The notes beneath the pieces are model-generated. The model was given only the letters and a program-made list of their open reading frames with translations, had not been told where the DNA came from and did no database searches. Positions 28,196 through 37,248 of a DNA stretch of 55,725 nucleotides are shown piece by piece. The first letter of the stretch is position 1. Each line of letters begins with the position of its first letter. A program made the position numbers and the translations under genes. The DNA comes from a virus (Duplodnaviria; Caudoviricetes), in the IMG/VR virus record IMGVR_UViG_3300046001_005126, positions 1-55,725 of that record; one strand, 5' to 3'.

Positions 28196-28734
28196 GAATA
28201 CAAACTCGTGACTGCTTGGGTGATGTTGCGAACGCTTTGGGCCTTAGAACTGCTGTCGAGGTAGGGACTCATCAGGCAGTATTTGCCCGCTCATTCATGA
28301 AGAGATTCAGGGGATCGATCACGCTTGTCGATCCTTGGCTCGACTACGAGCAGGGCAAGGATGCGTTTTATCCTTCTGTCGACCCAACAAGCAAGACTCG
28401 ATCGAAGGACATGCAGATCGCCGTCGGGATCATGACGGAATTCTACGGACGGGTGACTTTTATGCAGACGACGGGTGAGCAGGCGTCTCATTCGTTTGCC
28501 GATTCATCAGTCGGCATTGTCTACATCGACGCACTTCACGAGTATCAAGACGTGATCAGCGATATCAACACATGGTTTCCGAAAGTTGCCAGTGGAGGGA
28601 TCATTGCAGGTCACGACTTTAGTTACATGCTTCCCGGAGTTGTTGCTGCTGTGGAAGAATTCAGGATCAAGAGCGGACTTCAGGTCAACCTGACTTGCGA
28701 CGATATGCCGTCATGGTGGGCGATCAAGAGATAG
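28192..28734 (+). CDS. Methyltransferase (Methyltransf_24-like)
   Basis: VEVG, VDPW, VYIDALHEY..V..DI..W...GGIIAGHDF. Confidence 0.88.
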   Translation: MRIQTRDCLGDVANALGLRTAVEVGTHQAVFARSFMKRFRGSITLVDPWLDYEQGKDAFYPSVDPTSKTRSKDMQIAVGIMTEFYGRVTFMQTTGEQASHSFADSSVGIVYIDALHEYQDVISDINTWFPKVASGGIIAGHDFSYMLPGVVAAVEEFRIKSGLQVNLTCDDMPSWWAIKR

Positions 28735-28754
28735 TTCCAAGGAAGAGGCGTTTT

Positions 28755-29498
28755 ATGACAGCAATCAAGCCCCGAGGCATCACTGTCTGCGTCGACTACG
28801 CCGACATCCTCGCACTGACGCTTCCGTACAACCGGGAGTTCTTCAGCGAGTTCATGGTGGTCACGACGGTCAAGGATCATCAGACAATCCACCTCGCGCA
28901 GGAGAACGACTGTCATGTCCATCTCAGCGATGCTTTCTATCGTGGCGGCGCTGTGTTCAATAAGTTTGCAGCGATGGAAGAAGGGCTTGACGTTTTCGGT
29001 CGGCACGACTGGATGTGCATCATTGATGCTGACATCGTCATCCCGAAGAACAAGCTCGCCTGGGTGCCGAAGGTCGGGAAGATCTACACTCCGCATCGCA
29101 GAATTCTCCACCAGATCCCGGCGGAAATCCCGGAACATCGCCTATGGCGACAGTCGAAGAGGCCGATGAACAACGAAGAGTTCGCAGGCTACTTCCAGTT
29201 GTTCCATGCGAGCGAACCGTTCCTTCAGAAAACTCCGTGGCATGGGACGGACTGGACGTGGGCCGGTGGCGCTGACTCGTTCTTCCATCAGAAGTGGTCA
29301 GAGTCGAATAAGGTTCGGCCACCGTTCGAAGTTCTGCATCTCGGGCCACCGTTCATCAACTGGTGCGGACGAGTCACTCCGTTCGCTGATGGGACGACAC
29401 CCGAGAAGGCGATGCTTCGCAACGAGCATAGGATGATGCTGCTGAAGAATCGGCGGGAGAACAAGCAGGACAAGTACAAGGCGGAGAAACTGAAGTGA
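28755..29498 (+). CDS. Glycosyltransferase-like (DxD) protein
   Basis: TVCVDYAD.L, FNK, IIDADIV, GYFQLF. Confidence 0.7.
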   Translation: MTAIKPRGITVCVDYADILALTLPYNREFFSEFMVVTTVKDHQTIHLAQENDCHVHLSDAFYRGGAVFNKFAAMEEGLDVFGRHDWMCIIDADIVIPKNKLAWVPKVGKIYTPHRRILHQIPAEIPEHRLWRQSKRPMNNEEFAGYFQLFHASEPFLQKTPWHGTDWTWAGGADSFFHQKWSESNKVRPPFEVLHLGPPFINWCGRVTPFADGTTPEKAMLRNEHRMMLLKNRRENKQDKYKAEKLK

Positions 29499-30298
29499 GA
29501 ATCTCCGTCGGAATTCTGTCAGCGCCGAGGCCAGAGCCGACGCTTCTCAAGTGTTCGAGTGCGATCGCTGAGTCTGGATTCAGCCTGATCCATCACGCGA
29601 CGGAATCAGAGAGCAGGCATTTTCTGTCGCCGTGTGAGTTTGAGCGATCGCCGACGGGATCTCTCGGGAACTTCCAGAATTGGCTGCAGACTGCCAGGGA
29701 TCTGCTCACGATGGACCACGACGCAATCCTGATCGCCGAGGATGATGCTTTGTTCTGCCGGGACGTGCATGCACTTCTGCAGCGGGATCTCTGGCCTTCC
29801 CGGGACTGTGGTTGCGTCTCGCTGTACTGCCCTGCAATGTCGCACTATTCCCAGACATCGTTCGGGCTCGGTAGAACTCGAGTCGTCATGCGGGAACCGC
29901 TGTCAAGCAGCAACAATCTGGTCGGCGCGCTCGCTCTTGTATTTCCGGCTGCTGTTCTGCGAGAACTCGTTTATCACGAATCGATCGGACTCTGGAAGGG
30001 ATCGCACTCGCAGGCGAGGAATCCCGGAACACCACCTTATGAGCGAAAGGCGGTCGACACATGGATTGGCAGAACTCTGGTTTCGATGGGTCTGTCGATT
30101 TGGAACTATTCGCCGAGCCTCGTTCAGCATTATGTCCCGAATCCAAAAGCGGCCAATTCTTCGCTTGGGCATGGTTTGGCCAACGGAAACCGCCAGTCGC
30201 GGTCGTGGGCTGGAAATTCAAGGCAGAGTGTGCTGGAAATGATTCCGGCGCGAAGGGAGAGATTTGATGGTGCCGGTGTACCTGAACATTCGGTCTGA
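29495..30298 (+). CDS. Glycosyltransferase-like protein
   Basis: ILIAEDDALF, PSLVQH; paralogous to domain 2 of the 19587 protein. Confidence 0.72.
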   Translation: MRISVGILSAPRPEPTLLKCSSAIAESGFSLIHHATESESRHFLSPCEFERSPTGSLGNFQNWLQTARDLLTMDHDAILIAEDDALFCRDVHALLQRDLWPSRDCGCVSLYCPAMSHYSQTSFGLGRTRVVMREPLSSSNNLVGALALVFPAAVLRELVYHESIGLWKGSHSQARNPGTPPYERKAVDTWIGRTLVSMGLSIWNYSPSLVQHYVPNPKAANSSLGHGLANGNRQSRSWAGNSRQSVLEMIPARRERFDGAGVPEHSV

Positions 30299-30977
30299 GT
30301 ATGCGGAGGCGGACAGTTCGCGGTATCGGTTCTCGCTGACCGAGAACATTCTGATCCCGAGCCTCAAGAATCAGGTCGCTCGAGGAGCGATCATCTTCCT
30401 GGAGCAGTCTCCGATGGATCCGTACTTCAAGCGGCGGGAGAAAGCCTTTAGGTCAGTCACTGATCGCGTTATTCCGATGCACGAGAAGGAAGGCATAGAA
30501 TTGCCGGCTAGAGTTGAGGCGACAGTTGGCGACGACGACTTCCTCGGGCCGGAGTTTGTCCAGAAAATGCGGATGGGGTTTACGCCGGAACGCGGAAACG
30601 TCCAGATGTTCATGCCGCATGGGTACATTTTCTTCGAGGGAGCCCTGCATCCGTGGCGGAACAAAGCGGATTTCATTGAGATCACTCAGTACGGAAACCC
30701 GGGTTCGCCGGTCGTTCGGCACGAAGGATTCGACATTGCCAGCACTCCGCAGTGGATTTACTGCAGGCATCAGATGAATTTTAACCCGCTTTCGGCTTCA
30801 GAAGTAGATGCTCCTGAGATAAAACTGGCTGCGTGGAAGGGTTGGCATCAAGGAATAGTGGCTCGCTATTGCCAAACCCAAGTCCTCACGGCGACTGCGA
30901 ATGGGTGTACTTTGCACCCAACAAAAAGCAAGTCGATGATGTACGCTAAGGGTTCTGCCCGTAGTCGAAGGAAATGA
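30264..30977 (+). CDS. Rhamnosyltransferase-like protein
   Basis: IPSLKNQ, GDDDFL, WIYCRH; paralogous to domain 3 of the 19587 protein. Confidence 0.6.
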   Translation: MMVPVYLNIRSEYAEADSSRYRFSLTENILIPSLKNQVARGAIIFLEQSPMDPYFKRREKAFRSVTDRVIPMHEKEGIELPARVEATVGDDDFLGPEFVQKMRMGFTPERGNVQMFMPHGYIFFEGALHPWRNKADFIEITQYGNPGSPVVRHEGFDIASTPQWIYCRHQMNFNPLSASEVDAPEIKLAAWKGWHQGIVARYCQTQVLTATANGCTLHPTKSKSMMYAKGSARSRRK

Positions 30978-31249
30978 TCATGGACTGTCTGGTTTGCTGG
31001 CTAGCAACATTTGGATTCGCTTTTACCATCGCGTTGACGCATGGTCCGCTGGGCTTATTCAAGACGATGCGGGAGAAAGTGAAGGCTCGCTTCGGCGAAA
31101 AACACTGGGTGACAATCGGAATTGGGTGCCCCGTCTGTATCAGCATGTGGGTTGCAATTCTGTTCACAATAGCCTCCGGTGGGGGCATCCTGATGTGGGC
31201 GTCGAGCGTGGGGTTCACCTGCGCTGTGACAAGCATCAGTCCCGATTAA
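30974..31249 (+). CDS. Small membrane protein with CxxC (DUF1360-like)
   Basis: Hydrophobic segments; GP.G.F...R and CPVCISMW. Confidence 0.7.
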   Translation: MIMDCLVCWLATFGFAFTIALTHGPLGLFKTMREKVKARFGEKHWVTIGIGCPVCISMWVAILFTIASGGGILMWASSVGFTCAVTSISPD

Positions 31250-31337
31250 GTCCACTGCCCGGGCCATGGTGTGATTCCTTCGCACTTCCATGGAGACGCC
31301 CCCGGGCAGTGGCAACCACATTTTCAGGAGATCTGTC

Positions 31338-31541
31338 GTGAATAACGCGAGCTGGAAAACAACCGCCGCCGGCATCGTCGCGGCGTTAAGCATTCTCCTT
31401 CATCAGGCGAATGCATATCTGGACACAGACCCGAAGACAGTCTTCGACCTGACTCAGGTCATTGCTGCGTTTGGGATGCTGTGGATGGGAATCTCTGCTC
31501 GGGACAACAACGTCACGAGCGAAAAGGCAAAGGCAAAGTAG
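31338..31541 (+). CDS. Holin-like two-TM protein
   Basis: SWKTTAAGIVAAL...GISARDNNVTSE; two hydrophobic helices, basic tail; aggag RBS. Confidence 0.65.
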   Translation: MNNASWKTTAAGIVAALSILLHQANAYLDTDPKTVFDLTQVIAAFGMLWMGISARDNNVTSEKAKAK

Positions 31542-31565
31542 TTTCACAGTTCAGAAAGGCGTCTC

Positions 31566-31922
31566 ATGAACAATTTGAACAAGCAAGCTCGGCTTGCAGC
31601 GGATCGCGTCGACTCTTCAGTCGGGCTCGATCCAATTACGATCCTCACGATCATCACTCAGGTTCTTCCGTTCCTGACTTCGTGCTGGAACAGGAATGAT
31701 TCTCCGGATCCGGCGGAATCGAAGAAGAAGTTGCAGGCGTATGCTGAGAAAAGTCCGCAGGCACTGCTGAAACGAACGGCACGACGTGTTCGTTCGGAAG
31801 CCGACGAGAAACTGACCAAACTGGAATCCTTTGATATCGCCAGGGCGATTATCGAGCAGGCGTTGTCTGCAGACGAAGAGACGGTCGCAGCCTGCTGCGC
31901 GGAAGCACCGGAGGGGCTATGA
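31566..31922 (+). CDS. Hypothetical protein with hydrophobic helix
   Basis: GLDPITILTIITQVLPFL; coupled to the next gene. Confidence 0.7.
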   Translation: MNNLNKQARLAADRVDSSVGLDPITILTIITQVLPFLTSCWNRNDSPDPAESKKKLQAYAEKSPQALLKRTARRVRSEADEKLTKLESFDIARAIIEQALSADEETVAACCAEAPEGL

Positions 31923-32788
31923 GAGAGTCATTTGCAGTCTTGGCTGCTTTTATGGGCTTGCTCCTCGCTACAGTTCAGGACGAACCCGCAGTTCTGAAGC
32001 CTGCTCCCGACAAGATCAGCGAAGCCCCACAGATTATTTTCCCGACGATCCCGGTGATCGACGAGAAAGACATCCCTGAAGAAGACCTGCCAGTTCCGGT
32101 TCCGCGCCCGAAGCGAGGCCCAGAATTCGTCTCGAAACTGAATGAAGAGACGTGGCTTGTTATTGAATCACCGGGACCGCTGATGATCTTTGACTTTCCG
32201 GAAGGACTGGTCGAGATTGATTCCGACGACGGCGCACGACCGATGAAAGTCAAAGGGAAGTTCGCCGACGGCACTGGCAAGGTCGAGACACGCACATTCA
32301 CGAGCAAGCATCTGTACTTCGTTAATGCGGTGAAGTCGGGCCAGATGGAAATGCTGATCATCCCAGAGGGAGCGATCAGTAAGACGCAGTCCCAGCGACA
32401 TAAGATCGTCGTCATGGGGCAAGGTCCGATTCCTCCGCCGGATCCCGATCCAATACCAGATCCCGATCCTGTACCTGTTCCGACAGGCAATGTGGTCATC
32501 GCGATTGTCGAGGACGCGCAGAATAGAAAGCCTGATACGGCGATTCTTTTGAATGCGATGGCGAGTTGGAATTCCCTGAAAGACGCTGGTAACGACTGGC
32601 GTCTTTATGACGTTGCAACCAGCGAGTCAAAAGGGAAGCAGGCAGTTGAAGATGCGAAGTCTTCCGAGTTGCCGGCGATGATCATTCGCGACAAGGAGAC
32701 GGATAAGATCCTACGAGTGATTCCGTTGCCGAAAGATTTCGACTCGCTCAAAAGAATTCTTTCTGAACTGGGGGTGAAAGGTGTCTGA
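31919..32788 (+). CDS. Exported/membrane-anchored protein with Pro-Asp linker and possible thioredoxin-like C-terminal fold
   Basis: N-terminal hydrophobic segment; PPPDPDPIPDPDPVPVP linker; LPAMII segment, no CxxC. Confidence 0.65.
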   Translation: MRESFAVLAAFMGLLLATVQDEPAVLKPAPDKISEAPQIIFPTIPVIDEKDIPEEDLPVPVPRPKRGPEFVSKLNEETWLVIESPGPLMIFDFPEGLVEIDSDDGARPMKVKGKFADGTGKVETRTFTSKHLYFVNAVKSGQMEMLIIPEGAISKTQSQRHKIVVMGQGPIPPPDPDPIPDPDPVPVPTGNVVIAIVEDAQNRKPDTAILLNAMASWNSLKDAGNDWRLYDVATSESKGKQAVEDAKSSELPAMIIRDKETDKILRVIPLPKDFDSLKRILSELGVKGV

Positions 32789-33587
32789 GGAAATCGAACA
32801 GATCATTGATGAGACTGGCGAAACACGCCGACTCGGATCTCTGGCTCCTCAGGAGGGATTCGTATCGGCGTTCAACACGTTTGAGCAGGAACATCCTGTC
32901 TGGGACGACGCTGATATCAAACGAGTCGTGACGAACTCAGACAGAACTCCGCGCCGAGTCCTGTTTGCAAAAGAGTGGATTCAGAACCAGAAAAGCCACG
33001 GATCCTGCAACGGATACGCGGCTTCTGGCGCTTTGGCGAAAGCTCGCTTCCTGCGAGGGATTCAGGATAAGCTGAAGCTCTCTGGAGCGTTCATCTACTC
33101 GCTCATCAACGGTGGGCAGGATAACGGTTCTGCTCTGGAGAGCGGACTGAAGGTTATTGGCACTCACGGAGCCCCACCAGAGGCTCTGGTTCCGTGGAAC
33201 ATGATTTACCCCAAGCAGCAGCCATCAAACGCCAAGGCAGAAGCCCTGAAGCACCGTGGGCTGAAGTGCTACGCTGTACAGACGAAGCAGGGATTCCGAA
33301 CGGCTCTAGCCGCTGGGTTCCCTGTGATCGTGGCTGTTCAGGCCGGATCGAAGTTTCAGCGACTGAATGCCCAGGGGATTGCCTCGGCGGATTCAGGCGG
33401 CGGCAACCATGCGATCCACTGCGACGACATCCGGATTGTTGGCGGGCAGGAAGTTTACGACTCCTGCAATTCATGGGACGTGACTTACGGAGACCAAGGG
33501 CGAGCATTCCTGACGTGGGATTCGTTTGCCCAGACCTTCGGTCGGCATACGTTTTACGCCGTCGCGAGTACCGAAGAAAAGGATTAG
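32781..33587 (+). CDS. Papain-like (C1 family) cysteine peptidase
   Basis: QNQKSHGSC (Gln...Cys), LS..FIY, NHAI (His), NSW...YG..G (Asn). Confidence 0.88.
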   Translation: MSEEIEQIIDETGETRRLGSLAPQEGFVSAFNTFEQEHPVWDDADIKRVVTNSDRTPRRVLFAKEWIQNQKSHGSCNGYAASGALAKARFLRGIQDKLKLSGAFIYSLINGGQDNGSALESGLKVIGTHGAPPEALVPWNMIYPKQQPSNAKAEALKHRGLKCYAVQTKQGFRTALAAGFPVIVAVQAGSKFQRLNAQGIASADSGGGNHAIHCDDIRIVGGQEVYDSCNSWDVTYGDQGRAFLTWDSFAQTFGRHTFYAVASTEEKD

Positions 33588-33589
33588 TC

Positions 33590-34186
33590 ATGCAAAACGT
33601 CGTCTTCCTGCTTCTGTGCTGTCTTTCCGGGCCTCCGGAGATCTTCTCAGCCACCGGCGTTTACGCTGAAAAACCGAAAGCGACTCCTGCTCCGTACCTG
33701 CTCATGTTCACCGCAGAATGGTGCGGACCATGTCAGGCGTGGAAAAAGTCCGGGAAGAAAAAGCAGATCGAGGAAGCCGGCGTTTCCGTGACTTTCGTCG
33801 ACATCGACAAGAATCCAGAGTACCGGATCGTGGGAGGACCGCTTCCAGCAGTGGATCGGTTCCCGACGTTCTGGCTTATGATCCCGCCCAACCAGAAGCC
33901 GGTCAAGGTGTGGGTCGGAACAGTTTCGCACTTGGATGTGCGGGCGAATTTGCGAATCCGCAGGTCAAAGGAAGATCTGGACAAATGGGTTCGCAGTAAT
34001 TACACCGAGCAAACCACGTTAAAGATGGGTATGAAAAACAATTCGGAAGTCTGGAATCATCTTACAGATGGGACGGAAGGGACGCATGTTTTCACAAAAG
34101 AGCAGATTTCAGGGCTTGATTTATGGGTTGCCTTAGCACTTCATGACGCTTTGCATTCCGGAAAGCTGACTCCGTTTGTAGACTGA
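33590..34186 (+). CDS. Thioredoxin-domain protein with hydrophobic N-terminus
   Basis: FTAEWCGPC, VDID, FPTF; C-terminal HL..H...HD..H extension. Confidence 0.88.
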   Translation: MQNVVFLLLCCLSGPPEIFSATGVYAEKPKATPAPYLLMFTAEWCGPCQAWKKSGKKKQIEEAGVSVTFVDIDKNPEYRIVGGPLPAVDRFPTFWLMIPPNQKPVKVWVGTVSHLDVRANLRIRRSKEDLDKWVRSNYTEQTTLKMGMKNNSEVWNHLTDGTEGTHVFTKEQISGLDLWVALALHDALHSGKLTPFVD

Positions 34187-34199
34187 GCAGGGTTCCGCC

Positions 34200-34820
34200 A
34201 TGGCAATGCTGGCTTTTTGCTCAGGAAATGGAATCCAAGATGTGGATGAACTTGAAAACCTTTTCAATAAACTGGTTGGGCTTTGGGGAATCCTGCTTGG
34301 TTGTGGTGGTGCCCTTCTTGCCGGTCACAAGTGGATCCGCCAGTGGTGCCGTACTGTCAGTCGTGCTATGCGGTTTTCTGTCGCTATGCATACTCATTTC
34401 GGTGCTAACCCCGCAGCTTCAGTTATTGAGTCACTCCGCGAGCATACACGCGACGGCGCTATTCGAGAGATCCGTCTCACACTTCTCGAAGAAAGCCTGG
34501 GAGCGGGAATCTACCTCTGCCATCCCGACACAGGTTCCTGCTTTAAGTGCAACACAGCCCTCTCTGAGTTGTGGGGAGTCGACCAAGTGTCTTTCTGTGA
34601 GTTTGGTTGGCTTTCCGCAGTTATGCCAGACGACCGGCTTGCCGTCCACGAGCGTTGGATTTCGAGCGTTAGAAATAAAATCCCGTATGAATGTGAGTAC
34701 CGAATCAGAAACCAAAGGACAGGACGAGAGTTCCGAGTCGTAACTCGGGCATATCCGGCGGTATTGAAAGATGGTACGATTCTGTGCTACGTTGGGACTG
34801 TGGAAGAGATGAGGCACTGA
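34200..34820 (+). CDS. Membrane-anchored PAS/PAC-domain protein
   Basis: TM helix LVGLWGILLGCGGALL; N..L..LWG, GWLSAVMPDD, YECEYRI, G....YVG PAS/PAC pattern; no output domain. Start may be GTG 34242. Confidence 0.8.
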   Translation: MAMLAFCSGNGIQDVDELENLFNKLVGLWGILLGCGGALLAGHKWIRQWCRTVSRAMRFSVAMHTHFGANPAASVIESLREHTRDGAIREIRLTLLEESLGAGIYLCHPDTGSCFKCNTALSELWGVDQVSFCEFGWLSAVMPDDRLAVHERWISSVRNKIPYECEYRIRNQRTGREFRVVTRAYPAVLKDGTILCYVGTVEEMRH

Positions 34821-34922
34821 GGATAAGTAAACGCGGATCGTTGATCCGCTCACATTCGGGTAAGTTCGAAAAACACAGGAAAGACAGTCGAAAACCGACT
34901 CCGCTGCTCATTGAGAGAAATC

Positions 34923-35777
34923 ATGTCTGATCCAGTACCATCATCAGCAATTTATGACGCGACCACCGGCGGACGGTCTGTGATCGTAGTGGCCGGAGGC
35001 TCTGATGGTGACGTGCTGACGCGACAGTCGGATGGCACGTATCTGCCGCAGGCTCCAAGTGCAGGCGGTGGAAATTCGTTTGAGACGATACGACCAGCAA
35101 TCGGAGGCACGAACGGTACAGCAGTCGTGGCGGAGTCGGGCACTGATACACTGACTCTCGATACCGGCTGCGGAATGACGATCACTGGAGACGCGGCGAG
35201 TGACAAAATCACACTGAATGCGTTTGGTGAAGAAGAACCAATTGCTGCGTTTCTCGGTTCGATTTACGAAACAATGCCGGGGATCATCGCAACAGGTACT
35301 GCATTGGGAATAACGGCTAACCGAAAGTATTTAATTCCTTGGAAATGCACTAAGCGCAGGACGATTACAGAAATTGGCGTTAGTGTCACGGCAGGAACAG
35401 CATCAAATATTCGACTAGGAATCAGAAATCGAAACGCCGCGACCGGAGAACCAACTACACTCGTCAGTGATTGCGGAGTCGTGTCTGGAGCGACAAACGG
35501 AAACAAGATTATTTCCAGTCTGTCTATTACTTTAGATCCCGGCTGGTACTACCTCGAAATGGTGTCTGACGCTGGCCCAGCGTTGCGAGCTGTTGCAAGT
35601 GCAACACTGCAATCGACAAACATGGGATTCCAGTTGGTATCAACGAACACCCACACGATGGTGAGCGGGCTTTATCGAGCTTTTACCTACGGATCGTTGC
35701 CGTCGGACGAAACCGGCCAAACTCAAACCAATCACCTTTCTGCGGCTGGTACACTGCCAGTGATTTTTGTGAGGTAG
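34923..35777 (+). CDS. Putative tail fibre / virion appendage protein
   Basis: GSDGDVLT, DTLTL..G.G.TIT fibre-like segments, beta-rich C-terminus (RLGI, LDPGWYY). Confidence 0.6.
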   Translation: MSDPVPSSAIYDATTGGRSVIVVAGGSDGDVLTRQSDGTYLPQAPSAGGGNSFETIRPAIGGTNGTAVVAESGTDTLTLDTGCGMTITGDAASDKITLNAFGEEEPIAAFLGSIYETMPGIIATGTALGITANRKYLIPWKCTKRRTITEIGVSVTAGTASNIRLGIRNRNAATGEPTTLVSDCGVVSGATNGNKIISSLSITLDPGWYYLEMVSDAGPALRAVASATLQSTNMGFQLVSTNTHTMVSGLYRAFTYGSLPSDETGQTQTNHLSAAGTLPVIFVR

Positions 35778-35780
35778 CAC

Positions 35781-36218
35781 ATGCCAGCAGCGATCCATGA
35801 AAAAACCGATGCAGTCACCGGAGAGACATCTCAATTCGTGATTCCGTGGACTGCGGAAACGGCAAAAGAGCGACTGAAGGAATTGCGATTTGCACGCGAA
35901 ACCGCAGGCGTGGTTGTCGATGGCGTTCCGATCAGCACGGAGCGAGGAGACCACAGGAACACAATGCTTTCGCTGGCTCTGGCTGGCTCACAAAGCCCAT
36001 CAATGCAAGTGCCGTTTAAACTCGCTGACGGTTCGTTCATAGTCATGTCAGGTGCTTTTGCATCAGCCGCATGGCAGTTCGGTCAGTCGTACGTGGCTCA
36101 ATGTTTCTCTGTCGAAGGGGCCGCCTCAGCAGCGATTGACGCAGCACAATCTGACGCAGAGATCGACGCGATTTTTGGCGGTCTGGAATGGCCTGGGCAG
36201 GAGTTTAGCACGACATGA
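35781..36218 (+). CDS. DUF4376-like tail fibre assembly protein
   Basis: R..RETAGVVVDG...T, FKLADGSF, VAQCF..E, I....W. Confidence 0.72.
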   Translation: MPAAIHEKTDAVTGETSQFVIPWTAETAKERLKELRFARETAGVVVDGVPISTERGDHRNTMLSLALAGSQSPSMQVPFKLADGSFIVMSGAFASAAWQFGQSYVAQCFSVEGAASAAIDAAQSDAEIDAIFGGLEWPGQEFSTT

Positions 36219-36985
36219 CGACTCAGACGGTACAAATCCACACTTTTGACTACGGGGCTTCGCTGAGCAGTGCGACGCTTCGCAACGTGGCTGATGATAC
36301 CCTCGAAGCGACTGCGGACAGCGTCAATGAGGTGACTGCTGATTCAGGGCTATACGCTGCGGTATTCAGTGAAGTGTCAGTGATCGCAGCCGGTGAGTAT
36401 CGGTTGCGGGCAGTCGTCGGCGGTCAACCGATAAATCGCTACGTGACTCTCTCAGGGACCGATGGCGAAGTTGTTCAAGCCAGATCGGAAAGACTAGCGG
36501 TACTGGACTCCGCTGCTCGTGTTACATTAGCTGCGTCACAACCGGATTACGACCTGCCAACCAACGCGGAACTCAATGCGGCTTTGGCAGCATCAGACGA
36601 CGCAACTTTGGCGGCAATCGCTGCCGAAGCGGTCAAGACATCAGCGATCAAAGCGAAAACTGACAATCTCCCGACAGATCCGGCTGACCAATCCCTCCTT
36701 GAGGCAGCAATCACAGCAGCAACTTCTCCGCTGGCGACCCCGGCTCAGGTGAATGCTCAGGTGCTGGATGTTCTGTCGGTCGACACATTCTCCGAGTTGA
36801 CTGCTCCTCCGGCGGCAACGAGTAGCCTGAAGGACAAGATCACTTGGTTGTTCATGTACGCTCGCAACAAGGTTACACAGACGGCGATCGCAAGAACCCT
36901 GTACCGCGACGACACGACCACCGTTGCAGGAACCTCAACGACTTCCGATAACGGGACGACATTCACGAAGGGTGAGGACGCATGA
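36215..36985 (+). CDS. Putative virion structural protein
   Basis: AIKAKTDNLPTDPAD motif common in phage fibre-like proteins; Ala/Thr-rich. Confidence 0.6.
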   Translation: MTTQTVQIHTFDYGASLSSATLRNVADDTLEATADSVNEVTADSGLYAAVFSEVSVIAAGEYRLRAVVGGQPINRYVTLSGTDGEVVQARSERLAVLDSAARVTLAASQPDYDLPTNAELNAALAASDDATLAAIAAEAVKTSAIKAKTDNLPTDPADQSLLEAAITAATSPLATPAQVNAQVLDVLSVDTFSELTAPPAATSSLKDKITWLFMYARNKVTQTAIARTLYRDDTTTVAGTSTTSDNGTTFTKGEDA

Positions 36986-37248
36986 CGACCACAGCAGCAA
37001 AACGCAGCGCTGCCGCTGGGGTTGCGCTGCCGGGATTCGTTACGATCCCATTCGCGAATGGAACTGACGACCAAACATCTCGATGGCACGGAGCATTCTG
37101 TTACTTCCTTGGTTCGGAACAGACTGCAGTCCCAGCGGTCGGCTGGACGGTGTCTGGACGCGAGCGAGTCTTTAGTGCAGAATCTGTGTCTCGAGTATTC
37201 GCGGCGTCTCGCAATCCTCGGGTATGGCGATTCAGGGAGAGAACGTGA
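36982..37248 (+). CDS. Hypothetical protein
   Basis: Translationally coupled on both sides. Confidence 0.6.
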   Translation: MTTTAAKRSAAAGVALPGFVTIPFANGTDDQTSRWHGAFCYFLGSEQTAVPAVGWTVSGRERVFSAESVSRVFAASRNPRVWRFRERT

